Positions 40,415 to 55,039 of a stretch of 64,000 nt of DNA are shown here, piece after piece. Position 1 is the stretch's first letter. Each line of letters opens with the position of its first letter. Source of the DNA: Negaprion brevirostris (lineage: Eukaryota); the NCBI GenBank assembly GCA_030324005.1, contig JARDVH010000193.1, forward strand, positions 80,294,837 to 80,358,836. The letters run 5' to 3'. A model generated the notes under the pieces. It was not told the DNA's origin and ran no database searches. It saw only the letters and a program-made list of their open reading frames with translations. A program made the position numbers and the translations under genes.

Positions 40415-41609
40415 TAAGTTGAAAGAATTAATGACCTTAATTTAGCTAGGACAGCAGTAAGAACACTACCGCTGATCTTACCACCTCTAAATTAGGAAAG
40501 AGACAGTGAGTTTGGCTTCCAGCTCCGAATCAATATGCTGATGAAATTGTATTCATGTGCATATAGTTGAGGGCAGGTTTAGGTTTGATTAATCTCTTAA
40601 ATATTCTTTAAGTGCATTTGAGATGCTCTGTGGATTTGACTGAGTAATGGAAGATAAGATTTGGAATGCTGACTACAACTTGTTTGGGAGTCATTGGTCC
40701 ACATCTTCCTAAAAACAGAAGTCTCAGGAAGGTTATTGCATTATTTCATCCGTTTTAATTCATCTGTCTGAAAAGCTTAGTTGCACATTCACAGTTTAGA
40801 ATTATATAAAACCTCGACAATGTGGCCTCTTTGTGCTTTTTTCCTTTGTAAATTGGTTCACCCTATTTGAATTTTGTGATTAAGCTCTCCGATATTAANN
40901 NNNNNNNNTAAGCTTGAAAAAGGCTGTTTTTTGGTGGATGGTAATACCAGTTAACATAGAATATATGCAAATCAATAAACTTATGGGACCAAAAATAATG
41001 TTTAAATCCAAGACTCCATGTTCTGCAGCTCATCTCTGTTTTAAATAATTGCAAGATTTCTGACTGTACTAGATTAGTCTAGGTGTACTAGGTGAAAAGT
41101 TTCACCTCATCTTGTCTTGTTTTGTTTCAATTCTAATTTTGTCTTGTGCCACTTTGGACCTATGCTATTCATTGGATTAATACCCGTCACTATGATCTTC
41201 TTTGATATTGACTTAACTAAATTCATGTATGTCTCTTAGTTTTCATTTTGAATAGTACCCATTTACTCTAAGGGTAGCTGTGTTTTATAGAATTGTTAAA
41301 CATGAGTTTGCAATTCACACGTTTCAAGGATGGTGATTCTTATAGATAATCCGTTGAAGGAAGAAAATGCTGCAGGGAATTGTGATTAGTTGCAGTGAAG
41401 CATTGGACCATTCTGTCAGTTTTGACAGAAGAGGGGGAAAAATATTTGGAGGAAACTTCTGTTCAGCATTACACCAATGGAATGCAGCATCTGGGAAGTA
41501 AATTGTAATAGATGAACTCTACTTGTATAAAATTTGCGTCCTAACAATGCACTCACCATGCCTTTTATCACTGTGGCTAGTGTAACTGGCACTAAAGCTG
41601 ATGGCTATT

Positions 41610-42003
41610 TTGGCTAAAGTTTGGAAGATTGAAGTGTAATGTGGGAAAGTGAGTTTATCTACTTTGGGAAGAATAGAAAAGCAAATATTTATATTGAGAA
41701 AGAATGCTGCCGTACACATGGATCTGGGTTTCCTTGCACATGGAACCAAGCAGATAAAACAATTATGAAGGCAAATGAAATGTTAGACTATTACAAGGGA
41801 GATGGGCTATCATAATAGGGAAGTCTTGCTATGGCTGTACAGGCATTGGTGAGAGCACTTAGAATCCTGTGTTCAGTTTGGTCCCCTTATTTAAGGAGCA
41901 TTGACATGTATTTGAGGCAGTTCAGAAGATGTTCATTAAATTAATTGCTGGACTGAAGGGATTGTTGTTTTATGAGGAAAGATTGAGTGGTTTGGACCTA
42001 TAC
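41610..42003 (+). mobile_element. CR1 LINE fragment
   Basis: Decayed ORF2 C-terminus (FIKLIAGLKGLLFYEERLSGLDLY). Confidence 0.7.
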
Positions 42004-42228
42004 NNNNNNNNNNNNNNNNNNNNNNNNNNNNNNNNNNNNNNNNNNNNNNNNNNNNNNNNNNNNNNNNNNNNNNNNNNNNNNNNNNNNNNNNNNNNNNNNN
42101 NNNNNNNNNNNNNNNNNNNNNNNNNNNNNNNNNNNNNNNNNNNNNNNNNNNNNNNNNNNNNNNNNNNNNNNNNNNNNNNNNNNNNNNNNNNCAATTTTAC
42201 ACCCAGAAATCACCGGTGGCGGCTGAGT

Positions 42229-44720
42229 TAAAGAACAAAGAAAATTACAGCACAGGAACAGGCCTTGTGGCCCTGCAAGCCTGAAACCAACCATGCTGTC
42301 CAACTGAGCTAAAACCCCCTACCCTTCCGGAGACCATATTCCTCTATTCCCATCCTATATGTGTATTTGTCTAGATACCCAAAACTCATTACCGTATCAG
42401 CTTTCGCTACCTCCCTTGGCAACGAGTCCCAAGCACCCACCATCCTCTGTGTAANNNNNNNNNNCACCTTCAACCTATGCCCCCTAATAATTGACTCTTT
42501 CACCCTGGGAAAAAGCTTCTGACTCTCTACTCTGTTCATGCCCTTCATAATCTTGTAGACTTCTAACAGGTCGCCCCTCAACGTCCATCGTTCCAATGAG
42601 AACAAACCAAGTTTCTCCAACCTCTTTCCATAGCTAATGCCCTCCATGCCAGGCAACATCCTGGTAAATCTTTTCTGTACCCTCTCCAAAGCCTCCTCAT
42701 CCTTTTGGTAGTGTGGCACCAGAATNNNNNNNNNNNNNNNNNNNNNNNNNNNNNNNNNNNNNNNNNNNNNNNNNNNNNNNNNNNNNNNNNNNNNNNNNNN
42801 NNNNNNNNNNNNNNNNNNNNNNNNNNNNNNNNNNNNNNNNNNNNNNNNNNNNNNNNNNNNNNNNNNNNNNNNNNNNNNNNNNNNNNNNNNNNNNNNNNNN
42901 NNNNNNNNNNNNNNNNNNNNNNNNNNNNNNNNNNNNNNNNNNNNNNNNNNNNNNNNNNNNNNNNNNNNNNNNNNNNNNNNNNNNNNNNNNNNNNNNNNNN
43001 NNNNNNNNNNNNNNNNNNNNNNNNNNNNNNNNNNNNNNNNNNNNNNNNNNNNNNNNNNNNNNNNNNNNNNNNNNNNNNNNNNNNNNNNNNNNNNNNNNNN
43101 NNNNNNNNNNNNNNNNNNNNNNNNNNNNNNNNNNNNNNNNNNNNNNNNNNNNNNNNNNNNNNNNNNNNNNNNNNNNNNNNNNNNNNNNNNNNNNNNNNNN
43201 NNNNNNNNNNGTGCCAATTCTGTATCCACTTTACCAGCTCACCTCTGATCCCTTGTGACTTCACCAACATCAGTCTGCCATGAGGGACCTTGTCAGATGC
43301 CTTACTGAAGTCCATGTAGACAACGTCCACTGCCCTACCCTCATCAATCATCTTCATCACTTGCTCAAAAAACTCGATCAAGTTAGTGAGACATGACCTC
43401 TGCTTCACAAAACCATGTTGTCTCTTGCTAATATGCCCACTTATTTCCAAGTGGGAATAAATCCTGTCTCGACGGATCCTCTCCAATAATTTCCCTACCA
43501 CTGATGTAAGGCTCACTGGCCTGTAATTATCTGGATTATTCTTGATACCCTTCTTAAATAAAGGAACAACATTGGCTATTCTCCAATCCTCTGGGACCTC
43601 CCATGTAGCCAGTGAGAATACAAAGATTCTTCTCTCGTGGCTCCAGTAATTTCCTCGCCTCTCAGTATTTTGGGGTATATCCCATCAGGCCCTGGGGACT
43701 TGTCTATCTTAATGTTTCTCAGGAAACCCAATACCAATTCTTTCTTGATCTCAACATGCCTCAAACTATCTACACCCTTTCCCAGATTCATCATCCACCA
43801 AGTCCTCTTCGGTGAGTACTGACGCAAAGTACCCATTTAATACCTCGCCCATTTCCTCTGCCTCCGTGCATAAATTCCCTCACCTGTCCTTGATTGGGCA
43901 ACCCTCTCCCTGGCTACCCTCTTGCTCTTTACATATAGAAAGCCTTGGGATTTTCCTTAATCCTGCTGGCCAATGATTTTTCATGATTCCTTTTAGCCCT
44001 TCTTACTCCTTGCTTAAGTTTCTTTCTACTTTCTTTGTATTCCACACTTGCTTCACGTGNNNNNNNNNNNNNNNNNNNNNNNNNNNNNNNNNNNNNNNNN
44101 NNNNNNNNNNNNNNNNNNNNNNNNNNNNNNNNNNNNNNNNNNNNNNNNNNNNNNNNNNNGTTTCTTTCTACTTTCTTTGTATTCCACACTTGCTTCACGT
44201 GTTCCCAGCCTCCTAGCCTTGACAAATGCTTCCTTTTTCTCTTTGATTAGGCTCACAATATCTCTAGTTATCCAAGGTTGACAAAACTTGCCATACTTAT
44301 CCTTCATCCTTACAGGAATATGCCGGTCCTGAATCCCCATTAGCTTAGGTTTGAAAGCCTCCCACACGCCAGATGTTGATTTGCCCTGGAACATCTGNNN
44401 NNNNNNNCAGTTCCTGTCTAATATTGTTGTAATTAGCCTTCCCTCAGTTCACCTCAACTTGAGGACTTCACTTTTCCTTATCCAGCAGAACCTTAAAGCT
44501 GACTGAATTGTGGTTACTGTTCCCAAACTGCTCCCCAACTGAAACATCGACCACGTGGCGGGCTCATTCCCCAGTACCAGGTCCCGTGCGACTCCTTTCC
44601 TAGTTGGACTATCTACATACTGTTTCAAGAAGCCCTCTTGGATGCTCATTACAAACTCTACCCCATCCATCCCCTAGCACTAAGTGAGTCCCAGTCTATA
44701 TAGGGGAAGTTAAAATCTCC
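42229..44720 (-). mobile_element. Relatively young CR1 LINE, ~2.5 kb 3' portion
   Basis: SLTSVVGKLLERI...QHGFVKQRSCLTNLIEFF...VDVVYMDFSKASDKVPHGRL; KSPGPDGIYPKIL; (aaagaac)n tail. Confidence 0.92.
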
Positions 44721-46436
44721 GCTTCTCATTGAAAGTTAAATTATTGGGGAGTAGGTGTTAGGGGAAATAGATAATAAGATGAGGCCAAGGTCACATCAAT
44801 CGTGATCTTCTTGAATGTTGGAGTAGGCTCCAGGAGCCCTAAAGCGTACTGCTTCTCCCCTATCATATTCTTAGTAAAACTCACTTCTGCAGTTGTAATA
44901 TGCAAATTTTGAGTCTCCTCTTTACAATATTTCCTTTCCCTTCCCACCCAGCACCCTTTGCTAGAGGTGTTCTCTCTCAGGCACCTGCAGCAGTTTAAGA
45001 ATTTATCCAAGAAACCAATTTTTAATTTAAACCTTGGCAGTGAGTTGTGCAGTGAAAGTTGTTAATTACAGACCAGTACAGTCAAGCTATATGCTATCGT
45101 CAGCCAGTACACTCATGCCTACATGGATGACTAAGCAACAGTGTGGTGTATTGACCCTGGTTGATTTTTCTGTCACTTTTTAACTGCAGACCCACCATCA
45201 GCCCATGTCTCAGCCTGGGGCAATTGAAGCTCCTTGTAGCATACCTATTGCCAAGTGAGCTTTAAGTCAGTTAATATGGTGCAGGCTCATGTCGAACTTT
45301 TCCTCTTCTACTGTGGTTTAGCTACTCATGGAGCAATTGGGGAAATAGATCTGTCTATAATATAGTGTATGTTTAAACTTAACAAATACCACTGGATNNN
45401 NNNNNNNNNNNNNNNNNNNNNNNNNNNNNNNNNNNNNNNNNNNNNNNNNNNNNNNNNNNNNNNNNNNNNNNNNNNNNNNNNNNNNNNNNNNNNNNNNNNN
45501 NNNNNNNNNNNNNNNNNNNNNNNNNNNNNNNNNNNNNNNNNNNNNNNNNNNNNNNNNNNNNNNNNNNNNNNNNNNNNNNNNNNNNNNNNNNNNNNNNNNN
45601 NNNNNNNNNNNNNNNNNNNNNNNNNNTTTTTTCCTCTGAACATTGCTATTTAAACATGTTTAGATGTGCTTTTACTCCAGTCTGTTCTGTAGTCATTTCT
45701 TGTTTTTATTCTCAAATGCATAAGGAACTGCTTGTATGATGAATATGAGATGCATATCAGATGAGTAATTTTCCTCATCCCTTCTTGTGGCACAGTTTCT
45801 GCCTTATGTTCAGTATCATGTTCAACAGCATAATAACATTGATAATTCTGTCCAAGAAAGTTTGGTAATGTTAACGTAATCAGTTCTCTGAAATAACCTC
45901 CACCTGATGGGAAACATAGTCAAAATAGCAGATTTTAAATATAATTTATTATAGAAGGAGAAGTTGTCAGTTTGAGGTGTATGCACTTTTTTGTATTCTT
46001 AAAAGGAAATAGCAATGCTGTTTTAAATTTGGCCCTCCTAATTTTCTAAAACAAGTCTAAGTTTTAAAAGGTAACTTTATTTGGAAACTATTTGGAAATG
46101 GGGTAATAATGTCATGAATCTCCCTGTGAGCCCTGCAGACACTTACTCCCTGTTTAAGTATGCCGTAACAGTTTCGCAAGAGGTTAATATGATAATTGTC
46201 AGAACTTCTTTTCTTCCACTCTGTTCACCTTCAATTGTTAATGTAAAACTTTTGGTTTTCCTTGGAATCTGCTTATGACAGTTTCAGACTCCAAATTTTA
46301 CTTGAAATAAAGGTGGTTATTTTGGTCACCATATGTCTTCAGCATTTCCTGCTTGACCATAACATTTGTCCACTGCAAATTCTGACAATACTTCTTGGCG
46401 TAATGAAAAGATTTAGATTAAAGCAGTTCTAACAGT

Positions 46437-47781
46437 CCAGATTTGATTTATTATTGTCACATATGTTAGTATACAGTGAAAAGCATTTTTTTTGCATGCT
46501 ATATAGACAAAGCATACCCTCCGTGAAGAAGGAAATGAGAGAGTGCACAGCGTAATATTACAGTCTTAGCTAGGGTGTAGAGAAAGGTAAACCTAATGCA
46601 AGGTCAGTCCATTCAGAAGTCTAATGGCAGCAGGGAAGAAGTTGTTCCTGTGTTGGTTGGTACATGACTTCTCAGACTTTGGTATCTTTTCCCTGGATGG
46701 AAAAGTTCAAGTTGATTTATTAGTCACAAATAAGGCTGACATTAATACTGCAATGAAGTTATTGTGAAATTTCCTTAGTCACCATACTCTGGTGCCTGTT
46801 CGGGTCAATGCATTGAACCAACACGCCTTTCAGACTGTGGGAGAAAATCGCAGCACCCAGAGGAAACCCATGCAGACATGGGGAGGATGTGCAAACTCCA
46901 CACAGACAGTGACCCAAGCCAGGAATCAAACCCGAGTCTCTGACACTGTGAGGCAGTAGTACTAACCACTGAGCCACTGTGCTACCCAGAAGAAGGTGAA
47001 AGAGAATGTCCTGGGTGCGTGGGGTCCTTAATTACGCTGGCTGCTTTGCCGTGGCAGCAGGTAGAGTAGACAGTCAGTAGATGGNNNNNNNNNNNNNNNN
47101 NNNNNNNNNNNNNNNNNNNNNNNNNNNNNNNNNNNNNNNNNNNNNNNNNNNNNNNNNNNNNNNNNNNNNNNNNNNNNNNNNNNNNNNNNNGATACAACTA
47201 TGGTGCAACTGTAAAAGTTGGAGAGAGTCGCAGCTGACGTACCAAATTTCCTCAGTCTTCTGAGAAATTAGAGGCGTTGGTGGGCTTTCTTACTATAGTG
47301 TCGGCATGGGAGGACCAAGCAGGTTGTTGGTGATCTGGACACTCAAACTTGAAGCTTTCGACCTTTTCTACTTAGTCCCTGTTGATGTAGACAGGGGCAT
47401 GTTCTCCACTACGCCCCCTGAATTCGATGACAGCGTCCTTTGTTTTGTTGACATTGAGGGAGAGATTATTGTCGCCACACCAGTTCACCAGATTCTCTAC
47501 CTTATGTCTTGTCATTGTTTGAGATCTGACTCACTACGGTGGTGTTGTCAGCAAACTTGAAAATTGAGTTGGAAGTGAATTTGGCCACACAATCATAGGT
47601 GTATAAGAAGTATAGTAGGGGACTTGTACGGCATCGGTGTTGAGGATGGTCATGGAGTTTTGGCAGAGCAGGAGCCATAGGTGTTGTTGCCTATCCTTAT
47701 TGATTATGGTCTGAGTTATGAAGTTCAGGATCCAGTCGCAGAGGCAGAAGCCGAGGCCCAGGCCACGGAGTTTGGAGATGT
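46437..47781 (-). mobile_element. Rex1/Babar-type LINE fragment with a V-SINE inserted at ~46705-46985
   Basis: Reverse-complement 3' end atttgatttattattgtcaca; homologous to 11645-11875 and 61605-62700. Confidence 0.75.
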
Positions 47782-49644
47782 TTGAAGCAAAGTGCTGCTT
47801 CCACTGTGTTTCAATGGGTCAAGGTTCTGAGGCTGATTGAAGTTTCCTTGCTGGCATTTGTTTCTGTCGAGGGTGTGCGATATTGGGCCTTTTTGATATC
47901 GGCTAGATTTCCAAGGCAGCCCTTGATGTTGGCAGATACTAGTTCATTCTTATCTGAAGAATCTATGATCTGTGACCTATCTTTCTTCTTCACCATCTGT
48001 ATGATCTTGCAATGAGTTTTCCTTTAGAGCTAATGAGCCCCTGTTTTGGTGTGCCTTTATTCTGAGGTTCTGACATCAGATTATGGGGTGTCCACCAGGA
48101 TCTAAATCCCAGGACAGGTATTACTCAGTTCTTTCAGTGCAAAAATGACTTCCATTTGAACATCAGCATCCTTGGATCCCAAGTGTGCAGAGGGAAGCCT
48201 GTAAATGAAGTCAGGTATATTGCTCCCCTTTAAAGGAGGTAGTCCTTTCCCAGTAAGGTATACCCCGTGGACAGTATATTCTGCCTGCAATACCTAACAG
48301 GGACTAATTTATGGTCCTAGTTCTGGGTTGACAAAGTTTTTAATATTTTCTGTGTTTTATAAGATTTTTGTCCTTGAATGTAAAAGTTTTAAATGTAATA
48401 CTAAACCATACAGACCAGAATGACACAAGTTTTATTCAGAGTCTGCAATCTCTTGGATTGTCTTGTTTGGGCTCCACAATTGATCTCCACATATGAACTA
48501 ATGTGTATGTTGGTCACTGCTTCTGCCCTTGTTTGATTTAGAACATGGAACATAGAACACTACAGCACAAACAGGCCCTTCGGCCCACAAGTTGCGCCGA
48601 TCATATCCATACCTACCAGGCCATNNNNNNNNNNNNNNNNNNNNNNNNNNNNNNNNNNNNNNNNNNNNNNNNNNNNNNNNNNNNNNNNNNNNNNNNNNNN
48701 NNNNNNNNNNNNNNNNNNNNNNNNNNNNNNNNNNNNNNNNNNNNNNNNNNNNNNNNNNNNNNNNNNNNNNNNNNNNNNNNNNNNNNNNNNNNNNNNNNNN
48801 NNNNNNNNNNNNNNNNNNNNNNNNNNNNNNNNNNNNNNNNNNNNNNNNNNNNNNNNNNNNNNNNNNNNNNNNNNNNNNNNNNNNNNNNNNNNNNNNNNNN
48901 NNNNNNNNNNNNNNNNNNNNNNNNNNNNNNNNNNNNNNNNNNNNNNNNNNNNNNNNNNNNNNNNNNNNNNNNNNNNNNNNNNNNNNNNNNNNNNNNNNNN
49001 NNNNNNNNNNNNNNNNNNNNNNNNNNNNNNNNNNNNNNNNNNNNNNNNNNNNNNNNNNNNNNNNNNNNNNNNNNNNNNNNNNNNNNNNNNNNNNNNNNNN
49101 NNNNNNNNNNNNNNNNNNNNNNNNNNNNNNNNNNNNNNNNNNNNNNNNNNNNNNNNNNNNNNNNNNNNNNNNNNNNNNNNNNNNNNNNNNNNNNNNNNNN
49201 NNNNNNNNNNNNNNNNNNNNNNNNNNNNNNNNNNNNNNNNNNNNNNNNNNNNNNNNNNNNNNNNNNNNNNNNNNNNNNNNNNNNNNNNNNNNNNNNNNNN
49301 NNNNNNNNNNNNNNNNNNNNNNNNNNNNNNNNNNNNNNNNNNNNNNNNNNNNNNNNNNNNNNNNNNNNNNNNNNNNNNNNNNNNNNNNNNNNNNNNNNNN
49401 NNNNNNNNNNNNNNNNNNNNNNNNNNNNNNNNNNNNNNNNNNNNNNNNNNNNNNNNNNNNNNNNNNNNNNNNNNNNNNNNNNNNNNNNNNNNNNNNNNNN
49501 NNNNNNNNNNNNNNNNNNNCCATTAGTAGACACGTAGGGTAGGATAGGGTGGGGTGATGGCGGCGCGGGCTCGTTGGGCCGAAGGGCCTGTTTCCTATGC
49601 TGGGTTGTTCTTTGTTTGTTCTTTGTAAGACCAAACAAAAAAGT

Positions 49645-49810
49645 CTGACAGCATCTGTGGAGAGAGAATAGACCCAATGTTTCAAGTCAGGACCAGTCTG
49701 ACTTGAAATGTTAGCTCTATTTTCCCTCCACAGATGCTGTCAAATCTGCTGAGATTTTCCAGCCTTTTCTGGTTTTGGTTCAGATTCCAGCATCTGCAGT
49801 GTTTTGCCTT
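49645..49810. mobile_element. Hairpin-forming short repeat (probably Penelope-derived); related copies at ~52607, ~53157, ~53880, ~57177
   Basis: ctgacagcatctgtggagagagaatag...tttcaagtcag / ctgacttgaaa...ctccacagatgctgtca inverted arms. Confidence 0.6.
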
Positions 49811-51463
49811 TATAATTAAAAAATAGTTTTTTTTGAAAAAGTGACTACTCAAATCAGATTTCCCAGCATTTCTTGATTTCTATGCATCACTTTGCAGAAA
49901 ATGTCTATTTGTGGGCTTCTTACTTGAGATTATACAAATGCATGCTTTGACAAATTTAAGAACAGTAGTTGTCATTTCCCACTGCAAAATTACTGGTTGC
50001 GCAGAAGATGTTGACACATTTACTGACAATGCGTACTCAGTGTTTCCTAATAGCAGTTGTTGTTTAATGATTTATTTTTGTCTTTTAATTTTTGACAACG
50101 TGAAGTTTCAAGTTTATGTTGAAAATCTGCCTGAAATGTTTCTTGTTTTCTGTTAAGGTGCTGGCTCCCTACAGGGGTGCAGATCTACAGATATCAATTG
50201 TTCTAGGTTGCAGTACCTTGGACAAAGTGCTTATTCTCATGTGCGCCCATATAGAGTTTTGATAGGTTGTTTGTAGGGTGGCATCTCTCAGATTTGATTG
50301 TTTTATTACCTGATGTCCCCACACACAGACTTTTCCAGCAGGTGGTCACTGAATAATGATCAGAAACAAAATGTCTCATAGCCTTTTTCCCTTCCCTAAC
50401 CCTTTTCAGGTGGTCAGATAAATTGTAATGCACCAGTATTTGTTTTTATATTGCACTTTGTGTGAAGAGATGCAAACTTGTAAGTTTATTTGGGAAATCT
50501 ACCTGGAGTTTTTCAAATACATATTTGTGATGGAAACATTTTTGCTTTTTCTTAACATATTTTTGAATGTCTACATGTGGGGTAGGCTTTTGTCTTCATA
50601 CTGTGTGCATGCATGTTTGCTTTTATGTACCTGCACTTTTTTGATGACTGGTGTGGTAAATTGAAGATGAAGTAATAGGCTGCGTATTTGCATGTTATTG
50701 CTTTGAATGTGTTAATGGAGACACTTGATTTTGAGCCATGAATCAGAATCTATGATGTATTTAATTGAAGTGATGTCATGATATGACATTAAAATATGGC
50801 AAGTTTTAAAGTTAAGGTATTGTAAATTTTTTTTCCAAGTTTGCAGTAATTCCATTTGCTCCCAAGGTCCATAAAATGAAGATATGACTCTGTTTACTCA
50901 GTATTTCATTAAACCAATTAGACCAGAAGTTTCCAAGATTATTTTGTAACCTATGTAATTAATACTACGATGTACAACAGGAGGAGTGCCACATTGGCTC
51001 TGCACCCTTGAGTTGGGAAGAAGATCAGCCCAAGTTTCTGCTCCTGATTACTATCAGCTGCAAAGAAGGTTGCATGGATAGTTTTTGGATGAGATCATCT
51101 ATGATTTTCTCTCTGATCATAATAGATCAGTGATCACTGTATAAGTTCGCACGTGAAAAATATTATTTAGGAAAGCTACTTGAGGGCTGCCAGTACCTGT
51201 GGAAATGAACTGACATGAAAGTCACATCTTTGGGAGTGAGAAATTTGCAACAAATAAAACAATGTAAAATGCATAAGTTTACTGAAATTTTCAACTACTT
51301 TAACTTTGCAAAGCAAGATGATTGAATAAAAATATCTGGAAAGAACAGGTTTGAGATTAACTTTGACCTTAAAACAAAATGGTATTTGAATGCACCAGAT
51401 TTGTTAATAGTCTCATTGTGATCTTTAACAATCCTTATTCATTTGAGCTGTTTTCATTTATAG

Positions 51464-51626
51464 GGATATGGGCCTTGAATTATTCAGATCCCACGTAATA
51501 AGTGATCGCAAAGTTCAAAATAAAACTATTGATGGCATTCTTCTGTTAATTGAGAGAGAAAGAAATGGTGAAGCAATTGATCGTAGTTTGCTTCGAAGTC
51601 TCTTAAGTATGCTATCAGATTTGCAG
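51464..51626 (+). CDS. CUL4B: Cullin-4B coding exon 6 (163 bp)
   Basis: tatAG|(W)[54 protein letters not shown]|GTAAG. Confidence 0.97.
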
Positions 51627-51704
51627 GTAAGATTTGATTTTTTTCAGATGTAGCTCATTCAGTTGTTTTCATTTATAATAGTTAAATGTATTTTTTTCTT
51701 TTAG

Positions 51705-51842
<138 letters not shown>

Positions 51843-53321
51843 TGATGAACAAACACACTATGTCAAGGAGCTGTGGAACCTGGCATAAATTGGGCGATTA
51901 CCAATACACCAGGGGCATATTTTTAGGGTCAGGGGCCTAGAATTGGTCATATCTTAATTACTGAATGAAAAAATCCAAATAAAACTTGAAGGGATTCTTC
52001 CATTCACTTAGTGAAAAAATGTTGATTGTAGTTTGCAAAATATTAAATTTTCCCAATTGATAAATTGGTACTTAACTGAATGAAGATTTTCCAAAAATGT
52101 CCTGGTGAAGAAAGTTTTCATTGCTTGATGTCAAGTTCCTAAATTAATTCAGTTTAGTTCCTATCAGTTAAAATCCTGGTTTACTTGGAATGCAAAACTG
52201 CCTGTAATCTGGCAATGTTGATAGTTACATTTGGAGATGTTATGGAAAGGTGTGTGGCAAAAGGAAGAAATATCTAAATCTTCTAAGCAGTATCGTAATT
52301 CCTCAAATTATGAAGGGAGGTTATATGATCAAGGCTTGTATTCTTAAAATTGGAAGGTTAAGCAATGATTTCATTGATTTTTAAAATAAATTGATAGGGC
52401 AAATAAAAATAAACTTTTCTTCTAGTAGGGGATACTAAAATCCGAGCCAGATCTTTCAGAAGAAAAGCCAGAAAACACATCTCATGCACTGTTCAAATAG
52501 GAAACTGCCTCCCAGAAGGATTAGTAGGTGCTAGTTTAGTTACTAATTTAAAACCCAAGGTTGATAGATTCTTCAGATAAAAGGAAAATATTGTGAATGC
52601 TGGAAGCAGAAATTGCTGGAAAAACTCAGCAATTCTGACAGCATCTTTGGGGTTAGAATAGAGCCAACGATTCCAGTGTTGGCCATGAACCCATGCTCTC
52701 TTATATTGCTATCCCAGTGCAGCTTGTCCTCACATGTCTGATGCTCTCCACTGCCCAAAGATATACTTATTCCATTATAATGCATACAACAACTGAGCGG
52801 AAACTAGTCTCTAGGACAGAGAATTTCAAAAGGTTACAGTTTTTAAGTTAAGAAATTCCTCCTTATCTCATTTCCAAATGGCTAACCAATTGTTCTGAAA
52901 TTGTAACCCCTAGCTCTGGACTCGCCAACCAAGGAAACATCTTCCCAGAATCTACCCCATCAGTCATCTTGTGAAATTAATATATTTCACTGAGATCACT
53001 ACTCATTATTCTTTAAGAAAATGTATAATCATTGCAAATTAAGAATTCATTCTTTAAATGTCACATTGCTTATTCACCATATCTTGATTTCTTCTGATCT
53101 TTAATCTACTTCTGAATTCACTTTAACTAACTTGACCATCATCCCTACATATGGACACAGAAAATGCTGGAAAATCTCAGCAAGTCTGGGGATGTCTGTG
53201 GCGAGAGAATAGAGCCAACGTTTCAAGTTGGAATGACCCTTTATCAGAGCTCAGACTTGCATAGTCTGGTTCAAGAAATATTCAAAGTTATTTAGTTAAT
53301 TTATACCTTTATTCTATTTAG

Positions 53322-53404
53322 GTTCCAGAGTATTTGCACCATGTTAATAAGCGTTTAGAGGAAGAAGCAGATCGGGTTATCACTTACTTGGATCAGAGCA
53401 CACA
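53322..53404 (+). CDS. CUL4B: Cullin-4B coding exon 8 (83 bp)
   Basis: tttAG|VPEYLHHVNKRLEEEADRVITYLDQST(Q)|GTAAGT. Confidence 0.97.
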
Positions 53405-55039
53405 GTAAGTATAGATTTTGAAGAATTTTGTGTAGTCTTGCACTTTACGATGTACTGTCTAGCCAACACATTACAGCTTCCAACTGTATCATGCACAAAT
53501 ACAGTATTTGGTTTCAAGTACCCTTGCTGTAACTTGCTACAACTGTGCAGACAGCATCTGTCCTGAACATAACTTCTGGAGCACTGAACATATGTTTGTG
53601 GTATTGTGCATATTTGAAAATAAAAGTATATTAATTATTGCTTTAATCTCTATGCAACCTGTGATTTGGGTGGTGACGTGTGGGCAGAAAGACTTTAACT
53701 CTGGGCTGGTACAAATTTGTCATTCGACGCAGCCACTATATACTTCAATCTGAAGTTTGGCTGAAAGGTGCTTGAATGCAATTACTAATGTTTGATATTT
53801 GCTGTGACAGTGACTGGTTGACCGTCAGGATTATTTTTCTACTTTATATCCATCTAATGTGAGCGATTGAGAAAAGTGAAATACAAACAGAAAATGCTGG
53901 AAGTCAGGAGGTCTGGCAACATCTGTGAAGAGAGAAACAAAGTTGAAGTTTCAGGTCTTTGACATTTCATCAGAATTGGGGAAAAACTAGTAATTAGGTT
54001 GTGAACAAGTGAAAGTCGGGAGGGTGAGAAGAACAAAGTGGCTGTTTGGCCTGTGACAGGATTGGGGCGCAATAAAGTTGTGTTGTTTACTGAAAAAGTA
54101 ATAATTTAGTCTGCTTGAGATCTTTTAATCGCATTACATCTTAACCAGTTCATAATCTTGGTTATGGCTTGAGTTTGGCAATACCAGTGTTTTGAAGGAA
54201 TTTGTCATATGTTTCTTCTATATTTTACCAGTCTGTGTACTTAATAGAAATAAGAGTAGGGGTGAGCATTTGGTGCCTCGAGTCTGCTTGCCCATTGAGC
54301 AAGATCATTGCTAATCCACCTCAAATACACCTTTCAGCATTATCCTGATACCTCTCAATTCCTTTAATATCCAAAAATCTGTCAAACTCTGACTTGCATA
54401 TGCTCTCTGGGACAGAAAATTCCCAAAAGTTCACAATTTTTGATTGAAGAAATTTGCCCTTGTCTTGCAAATTGTTCACCTTTTAGCCTGAAGCTGTGAC
54501 CCCTAATTCTAGACTCTCCAGCCAGGGAAACATCTTTCCAGCATTTACCTTGTCAGTGTTCTGAAGAAATTAATATATCTCAATGAGAGCATCTCTTATT
54601 TCTTAAGGGGATGTATAATCCTGGAAAATTATGAATTAATTTTTTAAATGTTACATTGCTTATCCACTATATCTTTATATCTGCAGATCTTTAATCAGAT
54701 CCGTCTCGACTAACTTGACTCCTGTACCGAAGTAGCCTGTGTTGTCCAGATTTAAGACTCTAGTTTTGTATTTAACTAAAACGCACAAACTTAATATAAA
54801 ATTAATCAAATAATCACTCTTTGCCAGAAGCTATTTATGCGCTAGTTATTATATCATTGTTTAATTTCATAATAAATTACTCCCACTTTGTTTTGTGCTC
54901 TTGTTTCTTCGTTCCAGCTGGTTCTGTGTCTTGATTTTATGAGCTCTGAACTTTTGTCTTAACTCTCATTTTATCCTATTATTAATTATCGCGACAGTCC
55001 TCCTCCTTTTCCATTTTAACAATCTGCTGGAAATTCAAT

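Noticed and set aside
48498-49685. Long ORFs of 300-395 aa (similar cases at 42309-43516 and 45326-45653)
   Set aside because: Artefacts of N runs translated as X; flanks are mostly CR1 remnants.
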